Below, one piece after another: positions 38,696 through 48,231 of a stretch of 64,000 nucleotides of DNA. The notes under the pieces were generated by a model. It was not told the origin of the DNA, made no database searches, and worked only from the letters and a program-made list of their open reading frames with translations. The stretch spans positions 10,284 to 74,283 of the forward strand of contig CAIPTA010000144.1 of assembly GCA_903867855.1 (NCBI GenBank), read 5' to 3'. The stretch comes from Oligoflexia bacterium. GTDB lineage: Bacteria; Bdellovibrionota; UBA1018; CAIPTA01. How positions within the stretch are numbered: position 1 is the stretch's first letter; each line of letters starts with the position of its first letter. A program made the translations under genes and the position numbers.

Positions 38696-39751
38696 GTGGC
38701 GGAGCTTTGGCAGCAAGAATTGCAGCGCGCGATTGGTTCAGTAGATAGGCTTGCTGGCTACGCTTTTCTTGGTACGGATGCGCAATTAGTAGAAAATAAA
38801 TTCCGCACTCTTGTGCCTGAATATTATTTGAATCTCATCGATAAAAGCGATCCTGAAGATCCAATTGCGAAAATGGCATTTCCTGAAGTGAAGGAATTGC
38901 TCTCCGGTAGCACGGCCCTTCGCGATCCCATTGGCGATCTCTCTCGGCAAGTAGCGCCGCGCCTCACACATCGCTATCCCGATCGTGCGCTTTTGCATGT
39001 GACGAATCTTTGCCCGATGTATTGTCGATTTTGCTTTCGAAAAAATTTAATGAATGAAAAAGAAGAAGAGCTCTATGTTGGAGATTTTCAGCCAGCAGCA
39101 AATTATCTGTCTGCGCATCCAGCTGTGCGGGAGCTGATCTTCTCAGGTGGCGATCCCTGGATGCTAGGCGATCACAAGCTCTCCGAATTAGTGGATTTGT
39201 TTTTGAAGAGTGCGCCTCAGCTGGAGATCCTGCGATTTCACACCCGAATGCCGGTTACGCTTCCTGCTAGAATTACGGACGGATTAATTTCCGCCATTTC
39301 TCGCATGGGTAAAAAAACAATTGTGGTTACTCACTTTAATCATCCACGAGAAATTAGTGAGGTGGCAAAGCGGGGTATCTCAAAATTGGCTAACGCTGGA
39401 ATTACAGTGCTCAATCAAAGTGTGCTCCTCAAGGGCGTGAATGATCGAACCGAAATTTTACAGGATCTTTTTCGTGGTCTTGGGTCTATCGGAGTATTGC
39501 CCTATTATTTGCATCACTGCGATTTGGTTAGCGGAGCTGAACATTTTCGCACTTCTATTACTGCAGGCCAGGCACTCTGGCGCTCTTTGCGGGGTACGAT
39601 TCCTGGCTATCTACTCCCAGAATATGTACTCGAGATTCCTGGCGCCATTGGCAAGGTTCCCGTTGCAGAGCCCTATGTTAAGGCTCTTGGCGGCGGAGTG
39701 TATTCGCTAGAGCATCACGGAACTAAGGTGGAATACCGCGATCCCGTATAG
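38696..39751 (+). CDS. Second KamA-family radical SAM aminomutase (shorter, EpmB/YjeK-like)
   Basis: 351 aa from a GTG start. THRYPDRAL, CPMYCRFC, NQSVLLKGVND, PYYLHHCDLVSGAEHFRT, EIPGAIGKVP. Confidence 0.8.
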   Translation: MAELWQQELQRAIGSVDRLAGYAFLGTDAQLVENKFRTLVPEYYLNLIDKSDPEDPIAKMAFPEVKELLSGSTALRDPIGDLSRQVAPRLTHRYPDRALLHVTNLCPMYCRFCFRKNLMNEKEEELYVGDFQPAANYLSAHPAVRELIFSGGDPWMLGDHKLSELVDLFLKSAPQLEILRFHTRMPVTLPARITDGLISAISRMGKKTIVVTHFNHPREISEVAKRGISKLANAGITVLNQSVLLKGVNDRTEILQDLFRGLGSIGVLPYYLHHCDLVSGAEHFRTSITAGQALWRSLRGTIPGYLLPEYVLEIPGAIGKVPVAEPYVKALGGGVYSLEHHGTKVEYRDPV

Positions 39752-39861
39752 ATGAAAAAGTACCACAAGATTCCGAGCTGTTGGCGCCAACGTGTAAACA
39801 TTAAGTATTCGTTTCTTGCTATCAAACTCCGGGCAGCTCACAATTTCTCTAGAGGGCTTTT

Positions 39862-40401
39862 ATGAAAATTATCGCAATCACTTCCTTTCTTTTTATACTA
39901 GCTTGGCTATCGGTGCCGGCGCAGGCAGCACTCAGTGCCTCTGATTTTTTTTGCCGAGAAATTCCCGTGAAACCGCCTGAATATTTCAGCGCTCAAGTAA
40001 AAACTTGTGCTGATGGATCGAAGCCCGCAGTAAACAACGCAAACGGCGGAATCTGCGTGGAGTATGGATTTTGCACAGTGGTAGAAAAAGACCTGAAAAG
40101 CACAAAAGTGAAAAACGCCGCCGGACATGAAGTAAAATTCAGCGAGCTAAACGACAAAGAGCAAGCCAAGTATTTGAAAGACAATATCCCACCAACGGCA
40201 TGGTTGGTTTCCACGCTTACTTGTCAAAAGATAACAGCCTCCGGCTCGACAGAATGCCCAGGAATTAATAACTGCAAAGGCGATATTAACTACGCTGGCA
40301 CTGCGGGAACTTATAGCGCTAGCGATGATATGCACTATCGCTTAAATAGTAGTAATTTGCAGGATTCAGATGTGATCAAAAATGGGGTAAACGCAAAATG
40401 A
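39862..40401 (+). CDS. Secreted Cys-containing protein, unknown function
   Basis: 179 aa. Signal peptide ending PAQA-A, 8 Cys, no recognisable domain. Confidence 0.6.
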   Translation: MKIIAITSFLFILAWLSVPAQAALSASDFFCREIPVKPPEYFSAQVKTCADGSKPAVNNANGGICVEYGFCTVVEKDLKSTKVKNAAGHEVKFSELNDKEQAKYLKDNIPPTAWLVSTLTCQKITASGSTECPGINNCKGDINYAGTAGTYSASDDMHYRLNSSNLQDSDVIKNGVNAK

Positions 40402-40643
40402 AGTTTCTAACACTGGCTCTACTTTTTGCCTCTCTCTCTTCTCAGGCCAGCGGAATGGTAACCATCCGAGGATTGCTTACTTCAAATACAGCTACCGAAT
40501 GCGCATTGGAAACGAAAGATCGAATTTATTTTATCTCAAAGAAAATTCTAAACGAAGATCAACTCGCCCAGCTCAAGCCTGGTAAAAAGTTGATCGCGCT
40601 CACAGTGCCATTTTCTGGAATTGAAAAGGTACAGACGAAATAG
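40398..40643 (+). CDS. Small secreted protein, unknown function
   Basis: 81 aa. Signal peptide MKFLTLALLFASLSSQASG. ATGA overlap with the upstream gene. Confidence 0.5.
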   Translation: MKFLTLALLFASLSSQASGMVTIRGLLTSNTATECALETKDRIYFISKKILNEDQLAQLKPGKKLIALTVPFSGIEKVQTK

Positions 40644-41147
40644 TTAGTGAATTAGTCCTGCGTTCGCACAGGCACTTTGTTCTGCAGTGCCAGTTACAAA
40701 TATTTTGGTATCGCTATCCAGTTCAAGCTTGGCGAGCTTTCCAGTCACAGATTCCACTAACTCGTTTAGGCAATTACGGCCATCCCAGTAGAGCGTTGAA
40801 TTGAGCGTTCTCGTTAGCGTTAGAGTGGCGGGTAGCATATTGGTAAACTCATTTGTAAGCTCTGTGCAGTGATCTCCTAGCTCCTGTGAAGCCGGAGAAA
40901 AATCATTCATCACATAGACAGTTCCCACATTGCTGTCTGGCAGGAGGCCTGCAAGAAAGTTAAATTCAAGTGTGGAGCTGGTGGGGTAGTTATGCCCGTT
41001 GGGTGCCACTCCAGGAGTGCATTGAAAATCGAGTTGCCCTAATTTTGTAATTAAGATTGATTTAGTTTCAGTGGATATGGTTGCTGCGTTTGCAGCGCTG
41101 CAAAGAAAAACTAGTGCTACGATACCAAGTATTTTATTCATTTTCAT
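40644..41147 (-). CDS. Secreted protein, unknown function
   Basis: 167 aa. Signal peptide ending SAANA-A, 5 Cys in the mature part. Confidence 0.55.
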   Translation of the reverse strand: MKMNKILGIVALVFLCSAANAATISTETKSILITKLGQLDFQCTPGVAPNGHNYPTSSTLEFNFLAGLLPDSNVGTVYVMNDFSPASQELGDHCTELTNEFTNMLPATLTLTRTLNSTLYWDGRNCLNELVESVTGKLAKLELDSDTKIFVTGTAEQSACANAGLIH

Positions 41148-41258
41148 CTCCCGAACTGCAAGCTAGCAGAGCCAAAGACCTAACGATAATTGATAGTAAT
41201 CATCGCTGTGATAAGCAAAATGAATAAATGGGTTCCGTGAGCCAAAGAGCTATCTAAC

Positions 41259-42323
41259 TCAAGGATGCGGTATCACTGGTGGAATCACCGGTGGTATCGG
41301 GTGCGGTATCGGATGAAACTCAATGTTTCGAATATTTACAGCCACTGGCAGATTTACAACTCCACCAGCATTGATGAGAAGTAGATTGGCTGTGTAAGTT
41401 CCAACTCGTAGCGACGAGGCAGGAATTTTAATAGTAGCTTTGTTCGTCAGCAGATCCATCGGCACAGTAATGTCTAGCTTTGTGGCACCATCTTGCCATT
41501 CTACTACAGAAGGAAAGCTCATATTGGCAAAGCTGATGGCCAGGCTTGCGTCTTGTACGGCCTGTCCAAAGTTTAAGGTCTCCGCAATGTTTAATGTTGT
41601 AGGGCTCACCATTTTTGGTGCTGTAAATACGCGAACGGCAAAAGAGTTGGAAACAGCGTCTGTATACGGATCGCTAATTGTTGCCATTTGAAAAAAAGGA
41701 CTCGCGGTTGCCTCTGGCGGCAGAATAAAGCGTGCCGTGATTCCATCCCACTCGCCCCAGAAGGTTTGGCCGCCTAAATTCAAAATTGGGGTGGCTGATT
41801 CTAAACCAGAAGTATTTACACGAACGATTTGGGATCCTAGCCCGGCACCTAAGTCTATGTTGGTGGCGGCTACTTCGAGATCAGGATAGGTAGAGCCTTT
41901 CACGTGAATTAAAACAGAATTACTGCAAGCGCCGTCCTGAGCGCAAACCATAAATGCCCAATCCGTATTCGCATTCGCGGCCCCGGTGAGCGCGGTAATA
42001 TCCATATCAATTTCATTTGGACTAATGGCGTTGATCCACACTCCTGGCTGGCGGCCCCACACCGCGTTTTGCCACGAACCTAAGTTTGGATACACTTGGC
42101 GATAATTAACCTGCACTTGATGTTGAAGGTCGCGGTGGGATGGATTCGGATCTTGGTATTGAGGGCTCGGAAAAAATCCGTCACCCAAAAGAAATAAATT
42201 ACTCGTAGTATAGTCTTTGGCCACAAAATCTGTTGTGGGGGCCATGCTAATTTCGATGGGGGTATTGCCTGCCATCGCAGAAAGAGAGCTTAGTAAAATG
42301 AACGCCAATAAAAATTTCATCAT
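41259..42323 (-). CDS. Secreted protein with C-terminal His/Pro/Ile-Val repeat tail, unknown function
   Basis: 354 aa. Signal peptide ending SAMA-G, beta-rich body, C-terminus HPIPHPIPPVIPPVIPHP. Confidence 0.6.
   Translation of the reverse strand: MMKFLLAFILLSSLSAMAGNTPIEISMAPTTDFVAKDYTTSNLFLLGDGFFPSPQYQDPNPSHRDLQHQVQVNYRQVYPNLGSWQNAVWGRQPGVWINAISPNEIDMDITALTGAANANTDWAFMVCAQDGACSNSVLIHVKGSTYPDLEVAATNIDLGAGLGSQIVRVNTSGLESATPILNLGGQTFWGEWDGITARFILPPEATASPFFQMATISDPYTDAVSNSFAVRVFTAPKMVSPTTLNIAETLNFGQAVQDASLAISFANMSFPSVVEWQDGATKLDITVPMDLLTNKATIKIPASSLRVGTYTANLLLINAGGVVNLPVAVNIRNIEFHPIPHPIPPVIPPVIPHP
41262..41315 (-). repeat. Short in-frame tandem repeat encoding (H/P)P(I/V)IP units at the C-terminus of the 354-aa protein
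   Basis: The DNA reads cggtatc/tggtggaatcac/cggtggtatc repeats. The translation is HPIPHPIPPVIPPVIPHP. Confidence 0.6.
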
Positions 42324-42332
42324 TTTATCCTT

Positions 42333-42614
42333 TTAGTGGCCGGGGGTAACACAGGTGGAAGAAGCGGTATCGCAAACAGTGCCATTAGCGCACATATCGC
42401 TGGTATTACAGTAGGTATAGCAGGCAGAGCCGTAAACACCCCCAAAGCCGCCAGCTTGGCAATGGTAGGGCCAGCAAGAGCGAATACTACCATCGTTGCC
42501 TTGAATGGCTGCTCTGTCGGAAGTACAGCTATAGCTTGCGGGCGTTTTAATGGGGTCAGCAAAGGCATTGGCCGCTGTGAGGGTGAGGGCCAGAATCAGG
42601 GCTAGTTTAGTCAT
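42333..42614 (-). CDS. Secreted Cys-rich mini-protein (about 74 aa mature, 10 Cys)
   Basis: Start set at ATG 42614, preceded by AAGGAG. Signal peptide MTKLALILALTLTAANAFA. Lies 9 nt upstream of the 354-aa gene. Confidence 0.6.
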   Translation of the reverse strand: MTKLALILALTLTAANAFADPIKTPASYSCTSDRAAIQGNDGSIRSCWPYHCQAGGFGGVYGSACYTYCNTSDMCANGTVCDTASSTCVTPGH

Positions 42615-42762
42615 ATAACTCCTTGTTTGCGCGCTGCAATGTATAAGGCTTTTGGCCATAAGGCAACAAAAAAGGCGTGGAGGGTAAATCCTGGGTATCG
42701 TTAGTTATATTCTAAGGAATACGGTCCAAATTTTAGAATTCGATATGGGATCTAGAGGGTCG

Positions 42763-44820
42763 CTATTCCGGCCCAGCGCTCAAGAGCTCCAGTTCAAGCT
42801 GCTTTAGCTTCTTCACGCGATCGCGAATCTGAGCGGCTTCTTCGAATTCATGGGCTTTCGCGCGCTTCAGCATTTCCTCATGAGACTTCTCGATCGCTCG
42901 GCGCACATCTCCCACAGATCTCAGTTTACTAAAATCAAATTGCGACACGGAGCTTGCTACTTTGTCTAATACAGCCCCTGTAATGCTCATGCCATCTTTC
43001 GCCATCACATCCCAATTGCGGATATTTCGAATCACCGTCTTTGGGGTGATGCCATGCTCAAGGTTATAGGCGCGCTGAATGCCGCGGCGGCGATCCGTTT
43101 CCGAAATGGCCTTGCGCATGCTCTCCGTAATCTTATCTGCATAAAGAATCACGCGACCCTCTACGTTACGTGCCGCGCGACCAATCGTTTGAATGAGGGA
43201 GCGTTCACTGCGCAGGAATCCTTCCTTATCCGCATCTAGAATACCCACGAGCGAAACTTCCGGAAGATCGAGGCCCTCTCTCAATAAGTTGATTCCAATG
43301 AGCACATCAATCACGCCCATGCGGAGATCACGCAAGATTTCGATGCGCTCCAGAGTTTCAATGTCAGAGTGGAGGTATTTAACTTTGATTCCCTTGCTTA
43401 AAAAGAAGGTGGCCAAATCTTCCGCAGATTTTTTGGTGAGTGTGGTCACGAGCACACGAGATTTTTTCTCTCCATCCACGCGCTTTTTCACTTCTTCGAG
43501 CAAATCCGCCACTTGCGTTTTCGCGGAACGAATTTCAATCTCTGGATCGAGGAGTCCGGTGGGACGAATGATCTGCTCCACGATTTCGCCGCCGGATTTT
43601 TTTAGTTCATAATCAGCAGGAGTAGCACTCACGTAAATCAAGCCGCCTGTGCGCTTCGAGCTCATGTCTTCAAATTCTTCAAAGTTGAGTGGGCGGTTAT
43701 CGAGTGCGCTTGGCAGGCGGAAACCATATTCCACAAGGCTTGTTTTTCTCGCGCGGTCACCGCGATACATGGCGCCGATTTGGGAGGCAGTTACGTGGCT
43801 TTCATCGAGCACCAGCAGATAACCTTCAGGAAAGAATTCCATGAGCGTAGGTGGAGGGGCGCCGGAATCACGGCCTGTCAAGTGGCGAGAATAGTTCTCG
43901 ATCCCCTTGCAGTGGCCTAGCTCTTCCAGCATCTCAATATCGTAGAGCGTGCGCTGCTCTAGGCGTTTTGCTTCCACTTGTTTGCCAATCGAATTTAGCT
44001 GCTGCAAGCGTTGTTGTAATTCATCTTGAATCGTTACGATGGCTCGTCTGCGCAGATCCGCTTCGGTTACATAGTGCGTGGCCGGATAGATCGAAACCAT
44101 TTTGAGTTTACGAATCGGCACGCCGCGAAGAGGATCCACCTCTGTGATGGATTCTACAGAATCTCCAAAGAACTCAATGCGAATAGCTTTCTCTTCTTCA
44201 TAGGCCGGAAAAATTTCCACCACATCGCCGCGCACACGAAAAGTGCCGCGATGAAAATCCACATCGTTGCGCTCATACTGAATAGAGACCAATTTTTTCA
44301 AAAGATCATTTCGTTTAATTTCTGTCTGGTCCACGATTTGCACGATGAGATCGCGATAGAGTTCTGGAGAGCCTAAGCCATAGATAAAGGAGACGCTGGA
44401 AATCACAATCACATCACTACGCGTGAGCAGAGAGTGAGTGGCGGAGTGGCGCATGCGATCGATCTCTTCATTGATGGCAGAATCTTTCTCAATGAAAGTA
44501 TCGGTAGATGGCACATAGGCTTCTGGCTGGTAGTAGTCGTAGTAAGAAACGAAATATTCTACTGCATTATTGGGAAAAAATTCTTTGAACTCTTCGTAGA
44601 GCTGTGCGGCCAAGGTTTTATTGGGCGCGATGATGAGGGTGGGACGATTCACACGTCCGATCAAATTCGCGAGGGTAAATGTTTTTCCGGAACCGGTAAC
44701 ACCGAGAAGCACTTGATGCTTCTGGCCCGTTTCGATTCCCTTCACGAGCGCTTCAATAGCTTTGGGCTGATCGCCTTGCGGTTGAAATGGGGATGCTAAT
44801 TGAAAGGGGCGCTTTTCCAT
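42763..44820 (-). CDS. uvrB: Excinuclease ABC subunit B
   Basis: 685 aa. PQGDQPKAI, Walker [14 protein letters not shown] box, C-terminal UVR domain ([10 protein letters not shown]). Confidence 0.95.
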   Translation of the reverse strand: MEKRPFQLASPFQPQGDQPKAIEALVKGIETGQKHQVLLGVTGSGKTFTLANLIGRVNRPTLIIAPNKTLAAQLYEEFKEFFPNNAVEYFVSYYDYYQPEAYVPSTDTFIEKDSAINEEIDRMRHSATHSLLTRSDVIVISSVSFIYGLGSPELYRDLIVQIVDQTEIKRNDLLKKLVSIQYERNDVDFHRGTFRVRGDVVEIFPAYEEEKAIRIEFFGDSVESITEVDPLRGVPIRKLKMVSIYPATHYVTEADLRRRAIVTIQDELQQRLQQLNSIGKQVEAKRLEQRTLYDIEMLEELGHCKGIENYSRHLTGRDSGAPPPTLMEFFPEGYLLVLDESHVTASQIGAMYRGDRARKTSLVEYGFRLPSALDNRPLNFEEFEDMSSKRTGGLIYVSATPADYELKKSGGEIVEQIIRPTGLLDPEIEIRSAKTQVADLLEEVKKRVDGEKKSRVLVTTLTKKSAEDLATFFLSKGIKVKYLHSDIETLERIEILRDLRMGVIDVLIGINLLREGLDLPEVSLVGILDADKEGFLRSERSLIQTIGRAARNVEGRVILYADKITESMRKAISETDRRRGIQRAYNLEHGITPKTVIRNIRNWDVMAKDGMSITGAVLDKVASSVSQFDFSKLRSVGDVRRAIEKSHEEMLKRAKAHEFEEAAQIRDRVKKLKQLELELLSAGPE

Positions 44821-44856
44821 GGCTGTGAAGCTATTTTATACTATACTTTGCTCACG

Positions 44857-45903
44857 ATGTTGAAACTTGATGCACTGAAATCCCATTATGAGCGATTTCC
44901 TTATCCGCAAGCGCCTATTTTTGCAAAAGCGCGTCCGGATCGGATAGCCCTGCTCAACTATCGTGCTGGAATCGCTGCATGTTTTGGCAGCACGAGATTT
45001 GCCAAGGAGAAGCCACGCATTCTTGTGGCCGGATGCGGCACTGTGGAACCGATTGCTATCGCGCTAGCCAATCCGAAGGCAGAGATCGTTGCGATTGACC
45101 TCTCAGAGGCCTCGATCCGCTCCCTCAAGCGCAAACTGTTTTTGCATCGTTTAACCAAGCGAGTGGGAGCCATGCAGGGAGATCTACTCGCTCTTCCCTC
45201 GATGCTAGGAAATTTCGATTATATTGTTGCCACCGGTGTGCTCCATCACTTGCCAGATCCAAGCGCAGGGCTGCATGCCTTGGAGCAGCGCTTGGCTCCA
45301 GGCGGAATCGTGCGCCTCATGCTGTATTCTACGCAAGGGCGTGAGTGGATCGAGCGGCTCCGAGATTGGCGCATCACGCTTAACATTAAATCCCGGAAAG
45401 AATTGGAATCGGCTCTCGCCGCACTTCCGGCAACTCATCCCTTTCGCATCACCTATGCACTTCACTCCGATGTGAAATCTGAAAGTGGATTGCGAGATGC
45501 TTTTTTTCATGTGCAGGAAAAATCATTCGATGCCTTGGAGATGGCTGCCTTTCTTGGCTCTGCGGGATTAGAGGCTCGAAGATTTCTCCATAGGACTGGA
45601 GGCCAACCCAATAGTATTTTGCCTCACGGGGCACAACTAAGTGACTGGGAGAAAATTGCAGTTTTAGATCGTTTGCATGCGCTTGAAGAAAATTTTGTAT
45701 TTTTTGCTACGAGAAAGTTCGAACCATTTCAACAAAGCACGGCGGACTTTGAGTGGAATGAGGCGGTTGCGAAGTTGCTAGGCAAAAAAGTTTGGTCGCA
45801 TCTTTTAGAAAAGGAAGTATTGCTGAGTAGGCGAGCTATACCCAAAGAAGTGGAAGAGCTGGAATCTGCTCTTTATCTCTTGCGTGCTGGCGGAAGCGCA
45901 TGA
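44857..45903 (+). CDS. Class I SAM-dependent methyltransferase
   Basis: Motif I ILVAGCGTVEP, and later ATGVLHHLPDP. Start set at ATG 44857 rather than TTG 44800, which would overlap uvrB. Confidence 0.7.
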   Translation: MLKLDALKSHYERFPYPQAPIFAKARPDRIALLNYRAGIAACFGSTRFAKEKPRILVAGCGTVEPIAIALANPKAEIVAIDLSEASIRSLKRKLFLHRLTKRVGAMQGDLLALPSMLGNFDYIVATGVLHHLPDPSAGLHALEQRLAPGGIVRLMLYSTQGREWIERLRDWRITLNIKSRKELESALAALPATHPFRITYALHSDVKSESGLRDAFFHVQEKSFDALEMAAFLGSAGLEARRFLHRTGGQPNSILPHGAQLSDWEKIAVLDRLHALEENFVFFATRKFEPFQQSTADFEWNEAVAKLLGKKVWSHLLEKEVLLSRRAIPKEVEELESALYLLRAGGSA

Positions 45904-46373
45904 AAATTGGCTTGCTGGAAAATCAAAGTTTCCGCGAATTTTCTCCTGGCCTTTCCAGTGGGGAGCACTATATCCGTTTTCCTTTGGCACTCGGTTTCAC
46001 TGGCTCCAAGCGACTGAAAGAAATTCAGCAAATATTGCAGGATGATTCTGCGTCAATCGTAGAGCGATTCGCTGCTTACGAGTTGGCGGATGAATTAGTG
46101 AGCGCTCTCTCGTTAAAGGGGATTCGGCTGGGACCAAACGGGGAGTGTGAGTATTTGTCGCCAAAGCGCTGGTTGCCTTCACCAGCGATTCTTTTCGATG
46201 CTGGCAGCATCCAAGAGTATTTTACTAAGGAGCAAATAAAGTACGTAGAACTATTAGTTCCACGCTGGGCTCTGGCTTTTCGAAAAAAGGTTGATGAGGC
46301 AGCGATACTTTCGCTATATGAGCAGATGCTTTCACCCGTTTCACCGTATCTCAATTTCCGAGTAGAAAAGTAA
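45900..46373 (+). CDS. Hypothetical protein coupled to the methyltransferase
   Basis: 157 aa. ATGA overlap with the upstream gene. No recognisable motif. Confidence 0.45.
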   Translation: MKIGLLENQSFREFSPGLSSGEHYIRFPLALGFTGSKRLKEIQQILQDDSASIVERFAAYELADELVSALSLKGIRLGPNGECEYLSPKRWLPSPAILFDAGSIQEYFTKEQIKYVELLVPRWALAFRKKVDEAAILSLYEQMLSPVSPYLNFRVEK

Positions 46374-46431
46374 TTCATCTACTACACGGCAGCGGCTTTC
46401 AAAGCATGCTTCACACTGCTACCATTTTTTT

Positions 46432-46641
46432 ATGATCCTTCTCCACCGTCTGAATGGCAAAGAGTTCACAGTGAACTCTGATCAAATAAAGTTTGTTGAG
46501 GCTACGCCAGATACAGTGATCACTATGGTCACGGCGGATGAGAAGTTCATGGTGAAGGAAAGTGTAGCTGAGGTGATTCAGCTCACGATCGACTATAAGC
46601 GCAAGTGGTTGTGGAAGCCGCTAGAGCAGGGGAAGAGCTAA
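46432..46641 (+). CDS. flbD: Flagellar protein FlbD
   Basis: 69 aa. LHRLNGKEFTVNSDQIKFVEATPDTVITM matches the FlbD family pattern. Immediately precedes motA. Confidence 0.8.
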   Translation: MILLHRLNGKEFTVNSDQIKFVEATPDTVITMVTADEKFMVKESVAEVIQLTIDYKRKWLWKPLEQGKS

Positions 46642-47415
46642 ATGGATTTAGTAAGTCTCATTGGTACATTTTTGGGTATTGGCGCCGTGGTTGGTGGAGC
46701 CATGCTGGAACACCTTCCCTTATCAGCAATTACTGCACCTACCGCATTCATCATCGTGATGGGGGGAACTCTTGGAGCTATTCTCTTGAGTTTTCCGATG
46801 TCCGATTTGAAGAGAGCCTTCACTGAGGGCTTGAAGCTCGTGTATCGCAATTTGGATACGGATTATCGTCCACTCATCGAAGAGATTACGAAAGTGGCAA
46901 CAGTGGCTCGGAAAGAGGGTGTGCTCGCGATCGAAGGTTTGCGCAACTCCATCGTGGACGAAAAATTTAAAAAAGCCTTGAAGTATGTGATCGATGGTTT
47001 CGAACCGAAGACAGTGGTGGAAATTCTCGAAGCGGATGCCTACTTTGAATTTGAAGAGATGGAAGTGGCAGGTAAGTTGATTGAAGGTATGGGTGGTTAT
47101 TCGCCGACGGTAGGTATCGTAGGAGCCGTGCTTGGTCTGATTCACGTTATGCGTAACCTCTCCAACCCAGATGAGATTGGTCCGGGTATCGCGATCGCCT
47201 TCGTGGCAACGGTGTACGGGGTGGGTTTCGCTAACTTACTATTTATGCCGATGGGTTCCAAAGTAAAACGGAAAGCTGCGATCATGCAGCAGCGCTCGGA
47301 GCTAATTAAAGTAGGAATTCAAGGAATTCAAGAGGGCTTAAACCCTCACTTTCTCAAAGAAAAATTGGAAGTATTTCTGGATCATAAATATCGCACTCAT
47401 GGTGAAGGGCACTAA
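46642..47415 (+). CDS. motA: Flagellar motor stator protein MotA
   Basis: 257 aa. Four TM helices and conserved C-terminal IAIAFVATVYGVGFANLLFMP. Confidence 0.85.
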   Translation: MDLVSLIGTFLGIGAVVGGAMLEHLPLSAITAPTAFIIVMGGTLGAILLSFPMSDLKRAFTEGLKLVYRNLDTDYRPLIEEITKVATVARKEGVLAIEGLRNSIVDEKFKKALKYVIDGFEPKTVVEILEADAYFEFEEMEVAGKLIEGMGGYSPTVGIVGAVLGLIHVMRNLSNPDEIGPGIAIAFVATVYGVGFANLLFMPMGSKVKRKAAIMQQRSELIKVGIQGIQEGLNPHFLKEKLEVFLDHKYRTHGEGH

Positions 47416-48189
47416 TTGAAAAAGAAGCACCCGGAACACGTAAACTTAGAGCGCTGGCTAGTTAGCTATGCGGATTTCATCACGCTTCTTTTCGCGTTCT
47501 TCGTGGTTATGTATTCGATCGCTAACCAAGATAAGGCGAAGATCAAGCAGATAACCGAGGCTATCGAGCGCACATTTCTCGGGCCAGCGGCGAAGATTGA
47601 TGCAGGCTCTGGTTCGGATGTGAACGTATTCACGCAAAAATCATCGATGGTTGGCCAGGTGGTGGATCAGCCCATGGGCCATAACAATGCCCTTCCTGAG
47701 CATAATCCAGAACTTGAAAAAATCGCGGAACGCATTGAGGAGAGCCTCTCCTATCAAATGCAAACCACGGATCTGAAAGATATCTATAAAATTATATATG
47801 ATGATCGTGGCCTTGTGATTCGCTTCTCTGCTAATAAACTTTTTGATCCAGGGTCTGAAGTGGTGCGTAGCCAATATCTCCCACTCATCGATAAGATCAG
47901 CGGCGTGATTGCCGATGGAAATCGACTGATCCGCATCGAAGGGCATACCGATAACCAATCTCTCCCCGAGGGCGCAAAGTATCCTACCAACTGGGAGCTC
48001 TCCACTGCGCGTGCGGCTTGGATTGTGCGCTATATGCGCGCTAAATGGAAAATTCCTTCCTCAAGACTCTCTGCCGCTGGATATGCCGATGGGCAGCCAA
48101 TAGCGAGCAATGCCAACGAAGAAGGACGCGAACGAAATCGTCGCGTTGAGATCGTGGTCACTTCCGTGCAGAGCACGAAACAAGAGTGA
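47416..48189 (+). CDS. motB: Flagellar motor stator protein MotB
   Basis: 257 aa from a TTG start abutting the motA stop. ERWLVSYADFITLLFAFFVVMY with the conserved Asp, and an OmpA-like C-domain (EGHTDN ... NRRVEIV). Confidence 0.85.
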   Translation: MKKKHPEHVNLERWLVSYADFITLLFAFFVVMYSIANQDKAKIKQITEAIERTFLGPAAKIDAGSGSDVNVFTQKSSMVGQVVDQPMGHNNALPEHNPELEKIAERIEESLSYQMQTTDLKDIYKIIYDDRGLVIRFSANKLFDPGSEVVRSQYLPLIDKISGVIADGNRLIRIEGHTDNQSLPEGAKYPTNWELSTARAAWIVRYMRAKWKIPSSRLSAAGYADGQPIASNANEEGRERNRRVEIVVTSVQSTKQE

Positions 48190-48231
48190 TATTTCAAATT
48201 ATAGCAATCGCCGCTTCCAGATGATTCCGCA

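Noticed and set aside
39780-39791. A perfect 12-nt palindrome GTTGGCGCCAAC lies between the second kamA gene and the secreted-protein block.
   Set aside because: It has no loop, so it is not a terminator hairpin. It could be an operator, but a single short palindrome without a partner site or a nearby regulator gene is not enough to call.
44800-44856. A TTG-initiated extension of the methyltransferase ORF that overlaps the uvrB start.
   Set aside because: TTG is a weak start, the overlap is with a divergent gene, and a good ATG lies at 44857. The extension adds only a hydrophobic, non-conserved-looking peptide.
45985-45999. TGGCAC-N5-TTCAC, a sigma-54 promoter-like element upstream of flbD-motAB.
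   Set aside because: The -12 element is TTCA rather than TTGC. The site lies inside the 157-aa CDS about 430 nt from flbD. A single imperfect match is expected by chance.
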